Assembly: GCA_964016885.1 (NCBI GenBank)
Contig: OZ024747.1
Coordinates: 33,666,001 to 33,730,000 of the forward strand
Origin: Eledone cirrhosa
Lineage: Eukaryota
Length of the DNA: 64,000 nt
Direction of reading: 5' to 3'
Below, in pieces: positions 58,813 through 64,000 of the stretch. The first letter of the stretch is position 1. Each line of letters opens with the position of its first letter. The translations under genes and the position numbers were made by a program. A model generated the notes under the pieces. The model was not told the origin of the DNA. It saw only the letters and a list, made by a program, of their open reading frames with translations, and made no database searches.

Positions 58813-60720
58813 TTAATTGTAAGTTGTGATGTTGCTGTTCCACTCATATTTTCTATTTAATTTTGGTTTTAATTCTTTTATGCTTACTGCCTCTGTAATT
58901 TGCCTAAACATTGCGTCTTTTCTGTGCGTGGATTCTATTTTTATTTCTATGCTCTCTAATCTACCCCTGTGTTCTATCTTAGCATGTTGGTAGAGCACAG
59001 ATGATTCTTTATTATCTTGGAGGTCTCGCCAGTGTTCATTTATTCGTTCCCCTATACTACGAGCTGTCTCACCTATGTACACTATATTTTTGTTTCTACA
59101 TTGTCCTTCAGTACATCTTATGCTATACACTACATTTCTAGTTTTACAGTTAATATTGGGGCTTATTTTACAGGTTATACATTTCTTATCTATACATGGG
59201 GGTCTTTGGAACGGGTATGTCTTGCTAATAAGTGTTTTTACGGAGGTACCAGGTCTTTCTACTATCTTAATATTGAGATTATGTTTATTTAGGGCCCTTC
59301 TAAATTTGTAGGCTAGTTCGCCTCTAGGGGTTGTATTGATGAACATTACACTCTGGTATTTATTGCTATCATACCATGAGTTTATTCTATTGGCCTTGTT
59401 CCTAGTTCTTTCTATTCTATTCCAAAATTTGCTCCTATACAAGGGGCAGGTCCCATTTATGTCATTATTTACCATTTTTTCCCATTTGGTTCTGGCTCCT
59501 TTATACACTCTGATTCTATCTCTCTGATTGTAGCCAGAGAACTGCATACGGTGGATGAAGTGTTGTATGTGTCTCTCTAGTTCTTCGGGGTTGCACATGC
59601 GGGACACATTTCTCATCACCCGTACCAAATCCGCAATCAGTATGTTGATTTTGGTATGGTCCGAAATGGCCGAGTTTCGGTGGATCAGATGTTTGGAAGT
59701 CATGGGTTTGGCATAATGGGAATGGAGGATTTGTTTTTGGTTGTTAATGGTATCTAACCAGAGCTCTGTGTCTAGTACAGGTAATCGATGGTTGGGGTGT
59801 CTACTTGGGTAGTCTATAGTAACTCTAATGCTCTGGTGGATGGAGTTTGCTATTTGCTGGATGCTTTCCATTGTGTTTTTCTCTAGTTCCTGACTGTTCT
59901 TTAGTGGGGGTGTCTTAACTACGATGTTTATATCATCTACGTAGCGGGAGTACATTATCAGGGTTAAGTTGTCTTCTAATTGTTCATTAAGTTTTTGTTT
60001 AAGTCTACTGTCCCACCATACCATGAATAAGTTAGCTATGTCGCCTGCAATGCTAACACCAATGGCTGCTCCTTCCTCTTGGGCATATGTTTTACCATTA
60101 AATTTGAACATATGTTCCTTAAGGGTTAATTTTATGCTGGCCCCTACCGCATGTGCAATCATTTTCTTCAGTTCATCGTGGTTTTCGGGTGTCCGTATGG
60201 CTCTGGTCCACCCGTTCCATCTATCTGTGTGGGTTTTCTTGGCCATTGAGGTAATGGTAGGTTGTCTGCCTCTTGCTGGTCTTGTAGGGCACAGGTTGCT
60301 AAGGTCATAAGTGTCTAGGTAACTATTACTATGGGTAAGCTTAAGTAGAAGTCCCAGCTCCCTGGTATCAATCCCACGGAACTCAACCTTGCTCTCGCTG
60401 ATCATTTCTACGCATTTCTCCACAGCAAAATCCACGTCAATAGATGGGTACAGGGACACAACATCCATACTGCCTATTATGCAGTTTGTTAGGTCCCCAG
60501 ATCGGTTACCCGCGCCGATTCTGCTGAGGAGGTCCTCCGTGCTGTCACACACATCTGGGGACATCTCAATGATGGGGCGTATGATCAGGGAGAGGAAGTA
60601 GGACAGTCTGTAGTTACTAGCAATGTTAGCCTCACAGACTGGTCGTGTTGGTGGTCCCGTGACAGGGTCCCAGCCCGTTTCATGATCTTTTCGAAGCCCA
60701 TACAACGCCGGCACGTCATT
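58813..60720 (-). CDS. PLE G reverse transcriptase + GIY-YIG endonuclease, uninterrupted but lacking its N-terminus
   Basis: LYGLRKDH, TRPVC, GSMDVVSLYPSI, QEEGAAIGVSIAGDIANLFM, YSRYVDD, LPVLD, CIDKKCITC, VVYSIRC...VYIGETARSIGERINEH. The first 48 aa of the track ORF are read from the inverted pLTR. Confidence 0.9.
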   Translation of the reverse strand, partial: NDVPALYGLRKDHETGWDPVTGPPTRPVCEANIASNYRLSYFLSLIIRPIIEMSPDVCDSTEDLLSRIGAGNRSGDLTNCIIGSMDVVSLYPSIDVDFAVEKCVEMISESKVEFRGIDTRELGLLLKLTHSNSYLDTYDLSNLCPTRPARGRQPTITSMAKKTHTDRWNGWTRAIRTPENHDELKKMIAHAVGASIKLTLKEHMFKFNGKTYAQEEGAAIGVSIAGDIANLFMVWWDSRLKQKLNEQLEDNLTLIMYSRYVDDINIVVKTPPLKNSQELEKNTMESIQQIANSIHQSIRVTIDYPSRHPNHRLPVLDTELWLDTINNQKQILHSHYAKPMTSKHLIHRNSAISDHTKINILIADLVRVMRNVSRMCNPEELERHIQHFIHRMQFSGYNQRDRIRVYKGARTKWEKMVNNDINGTCPLYRSKFWNRIERTRNKANRINSWYDSNKYQSVMFINTTPRGELAYKFRRALNKHNLNIKIVERPGTSVKTLISKTYPFQRPPCIDKKCITCKISPNINCKTRNVVYSIRCTEGQCRNKNIVYIGETARSIGERINEHWRDLQDNKESSVLYQHAKIEHRGRLESIEIKIESTHRKDAMFRQITEAVSIKELKPKLNRKYEWNSNITTYN

Positions 60721-60846
60721 GAACACAAACACACACAGACACCCGGATGTGGCGCATGCGCAAACTGAGCACACAACACACACACAGAAACAGAATGGCG
60801 TAGGATAGAAGAAAGAAAAGGCACAGAAACGAAGAAAGGAATCCCC

Positions 60847-60891
60847 AGTCACTGAAGAGGTCACAGAGTGTGTGACGAAAGGACTATGACT
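60847..60891 (+). ncRNA. Minimal hammerhead ribozyme, family G (sense copy 58473-58517 minus has GATA instead of GAAA)
   Basis: AGTCA-CTGAAGA-G GTCAC AGAGTGT GTGAC-GAAA-GGAC-TA-TGACT. Confidence 0.83.
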
Positions 60892-60980
60892 ATATATATA
60901 AACAACTATCTGGTTGTGGAACCAACCAACCAGAAATTTATAAGTTTGTAGATTTGTAAATTTATAAATTTATAAATATA

Positions 60981-61858
60981 CTAGCAGTAAAGCCCGGCGT
61001 TGCTCGGGGTCGCTCAGTAGCTGTGTTACAGTTACAATTTTAAGTTTCTTTCTTGGCTTAAAAACTGTAGTGTCTACTGTGCAGACTTGCATGTGGTGTT
61101 TTTGATTAATATTCCCTCAACCAACAATATGCCTTATGAAGTTAAGAAAACATAACGATAACCCGAATGTTATAACAAAAGAGGATGCTGGGGATAGAAA
61201 CTGCACTGGTTATTTATTAACAAAGATCGAAAATGTAAACACTGCAACGCAGAGAAAAACATTAGCGTAACCAAATTATCAGTTATGTCTGTCTGCACGC
61301 CTATATCACCTCTCTGCACGACTGTCTGTCTGCACGCCTATATCACCTCTCTGCACGACTGTCTGTCTGCACGACTGTCTGTCTGCACGCCTAACGACGA
61401 AATATTTGCTTGTTTTACGTAGTCTTTAAATAGACTTGTTTTCAAGTAAAAATATTGTTTTAAAATGCTTTTAAATGGAAATGAAGCAAAACGGAAGCTT
61501 AGTGTTCGAACTGATGAATTTTGCAGGTCAATATTTTGCTGGCTCGACAACTGTCTGTTCGTGTATTGTGTTAATGTCATTTTAAACGCTGAGAAAGCCA
61601 GCGTAATTTTTTACGTAAGACGCTCAATGTAAACAGAACAAAGGGAAATAACTGATAACTTACGCTCAAAAATCGATACATTATATTCGATTTCGTCACA
61701 TAGGGCGGGTCAATTTGAAATATTTTTTTTCCGATGTCTTCGCTAGGGCTCAATGTACAAGTATAGCAATTTCGGTGCAATTCCGTGAGAGATTCTAAGA
61801 GGAGATGTGTGCCAAAAATCGATAGACAGACAGACAACCACAGTTTTATATATATAGA
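60981..61858 (-). mobile_element. Non-autonomous Helitron
   Basis: Minus strand starts 5'-TCT and ends with hairpin CCCGAGCAACGCCGGG, 8 nt, then CTAG-3'. Inserted between A and T with no TSD; the empty site is visible at 58370-58390. Internal (GTCT)n repeats. Confidence 0.92.
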
Positions 61859-61997
61859 TAATAAATTGAAGTGAAAGCAACTGGTGCGTGTGTTTCTTAT
61901 TGGCAACATGACCCTCCCAAAGTATAACAATATATATATATATATATATATATAATTATATATATATATATATATATATAATATGTATATATATATA

Positions 61998-62070
<73 letters not shown>

Positions 62071-62306
62071 TATATATATATATATAATTATATATATATA
62101 TATAATATGTACATATATATAATATGTATATATATATATATAATATGTATATATATATATATATAATATGTATATATATATATATAATATGTATATATAT
62201 ATATATAATATGTATATATATATATATATAATATGTATATCTATATATATAATATGTATATATATATATATATATAATATGTATATATATATATATATAT
62301 AACATG

Positions 62307-62356
<50 letters not shown>

Positions 62357-62408
62357 GTATATATATATATATTATATATATATATATATTTTATATATAT
62401 ATATATAT

Positions 62409-62578
62409 GGACACACTAGAAGAGGAAGACCAAGGTTAACGTATGTTGATGCCCTAAGGACAGACACTGTTCTGTTGGGGACGCAGGACATGGCAGCGAT
62501 AATGAGGGACAGAGACCGCTGGAGAGAACTCGTCCATGGATCTCAGGTCTTTTATCCGCCTTTGATAGATAGATGGAT
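62409..62578 (+). mobile_element. RTE-like LINE 3' remnant
   Basis: GHTRRGRPRLTYVDALRTDT...MRDRDRWRELV, followed by a short (GATA)n tail. Confidence 0.8.
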
Positions 62579-62587
62579 ATATAAATA

Positions 62588-63281
<694 letters not shown>

Positions 63282-63663
63282 GTATATATATATATATACA
63301 AGCAAATTATAAACGTAAACATGTAAGTATGTTTTTGAAACGGTGCGCGAGTTTGAAATTAGAAATTAGAAATTATAAGCTTTCACCGTATTTTAGACTA
63401 AAGAAATTTGTAGCCTGATAATATATATATATATATATATTGGTAAACGGAATAGAAAATGCTGACAAATTGTTCACAGTTGAAAAATGGTTTAATTAGG
63501 AATAAAAGAGTATTAGTGATTGTATGGGTTAGTATTCAGTTGTGGTTTTAAGTTTTTAAGTTTTTACCGGTTGCGCATTTCTAAATGCTTTTCAAAAATA
63601 ATTTTGAGATAGAGTGTCCGTGCTGTTTGCTCTGATCTGATTAGTTTTGGGAATTCTACCTGT

Positions 63664-63897
63664 TTTTATGTTAAAAAAATGGCTCCAGCGTTATTTTTGT
63701 GTTGCAAAAATGCTTGTGGTCAAAACAATTTTGATTGGTCGGTAGAGGTCATGTGAATGTAAAAAGTTGATTTTGCGCCAAGACTGGTTTTATGTTAAAA
63801 TGTTAGAAAAGTGGCTCCAGCAAAAATTATTGGTCAAAACAATTTTGATTGGTTGGTAGAGGTCATGTGGATAAAAAATTGGTTTTGCGCCAAGATT
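63664..63897. repeat. Two-copy imperfect tandem repeat (about 115-125 bp)
   Basis: TTTTATGTTAAAA..TGGCTCCAGC..GGTCAAAACAATTTTGATTGGT.GGTAGAGGTCATGTG..TTTTGCGCCAAGA occurs twice. Confidence 0.8.
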
Positions 63898-63920
63898 GAG
63901 AAATGACTCTTTCACAACAA

Positions 63921-63956
<36 letters not shown>

Positions 63957-64000
63957 TAGTAGTAGTAAGGTGTTCGATGCTGCGACAATAGCCAGCAGCG

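Larger units (their letters stand above)
58306..61932 (-). mobile_element. PLE G (clade unassigned), 5'-truncated, with inverted pLTRs; one arm split by a Helitron
   Basis: 58306-58642 is the reverse complement of 60721-60980 joined to 61859-61932. Confidence 0.92.

Noticed and set aside
60721-60864. Apparent N-terminus of the 683-aa ORF
   Set aside because: It is read-through from the inverted pLTR; homology to RT begins at about 60720.

Overview
Eukaryotic, extremely AT-rich repeat block with no recognisable host gene. The SINE and RTE tails resemble octopus/cephalopod repeats, which is an inference. About half the window is (TA)n microsatellite punctuated by a strand-biased ATAATATGT motif, and nearly all Y/I-rich ORFs in the track are artefacts of it. 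Embedded in the (TA)n are about 10 Penelope-like retroelement (PLE) copies or fragments (RT + GIY-YIG endonuclease) from at least three lineages: one Neptune-like, several Naiad-like (DITMGS / G(L/I)YRDD) and one unassigned. Most carry inverted pseudo-LTRs (pLTRs). By eye I find at least nine distinct families of minimal type-I hammerhead ribozymes (HHR). Highlights: (1) a 310-bp identical tandem array with one HHR per unit and a PLE-style terminal inversion (retrozyme-like); (2) seven ORF-less fold-back palindromes made only of pLTR + HHR from three PLE families, five sharing one apex; (3) two more HHR-bearing non-coding units whose ends lie at or next to the predicted cleavage site; (4) a two-ORF Neptune-like PLE joined by a U_UUU_UUA -1 slippery site, visible after removing a SINE with a 15-bp TSD; (5) a clean non-autonomous Helitron inserted in a pLTR; (6) RTE LINE 3' remnants. 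All structures were read by eye, and none of the folds or activities were computed.
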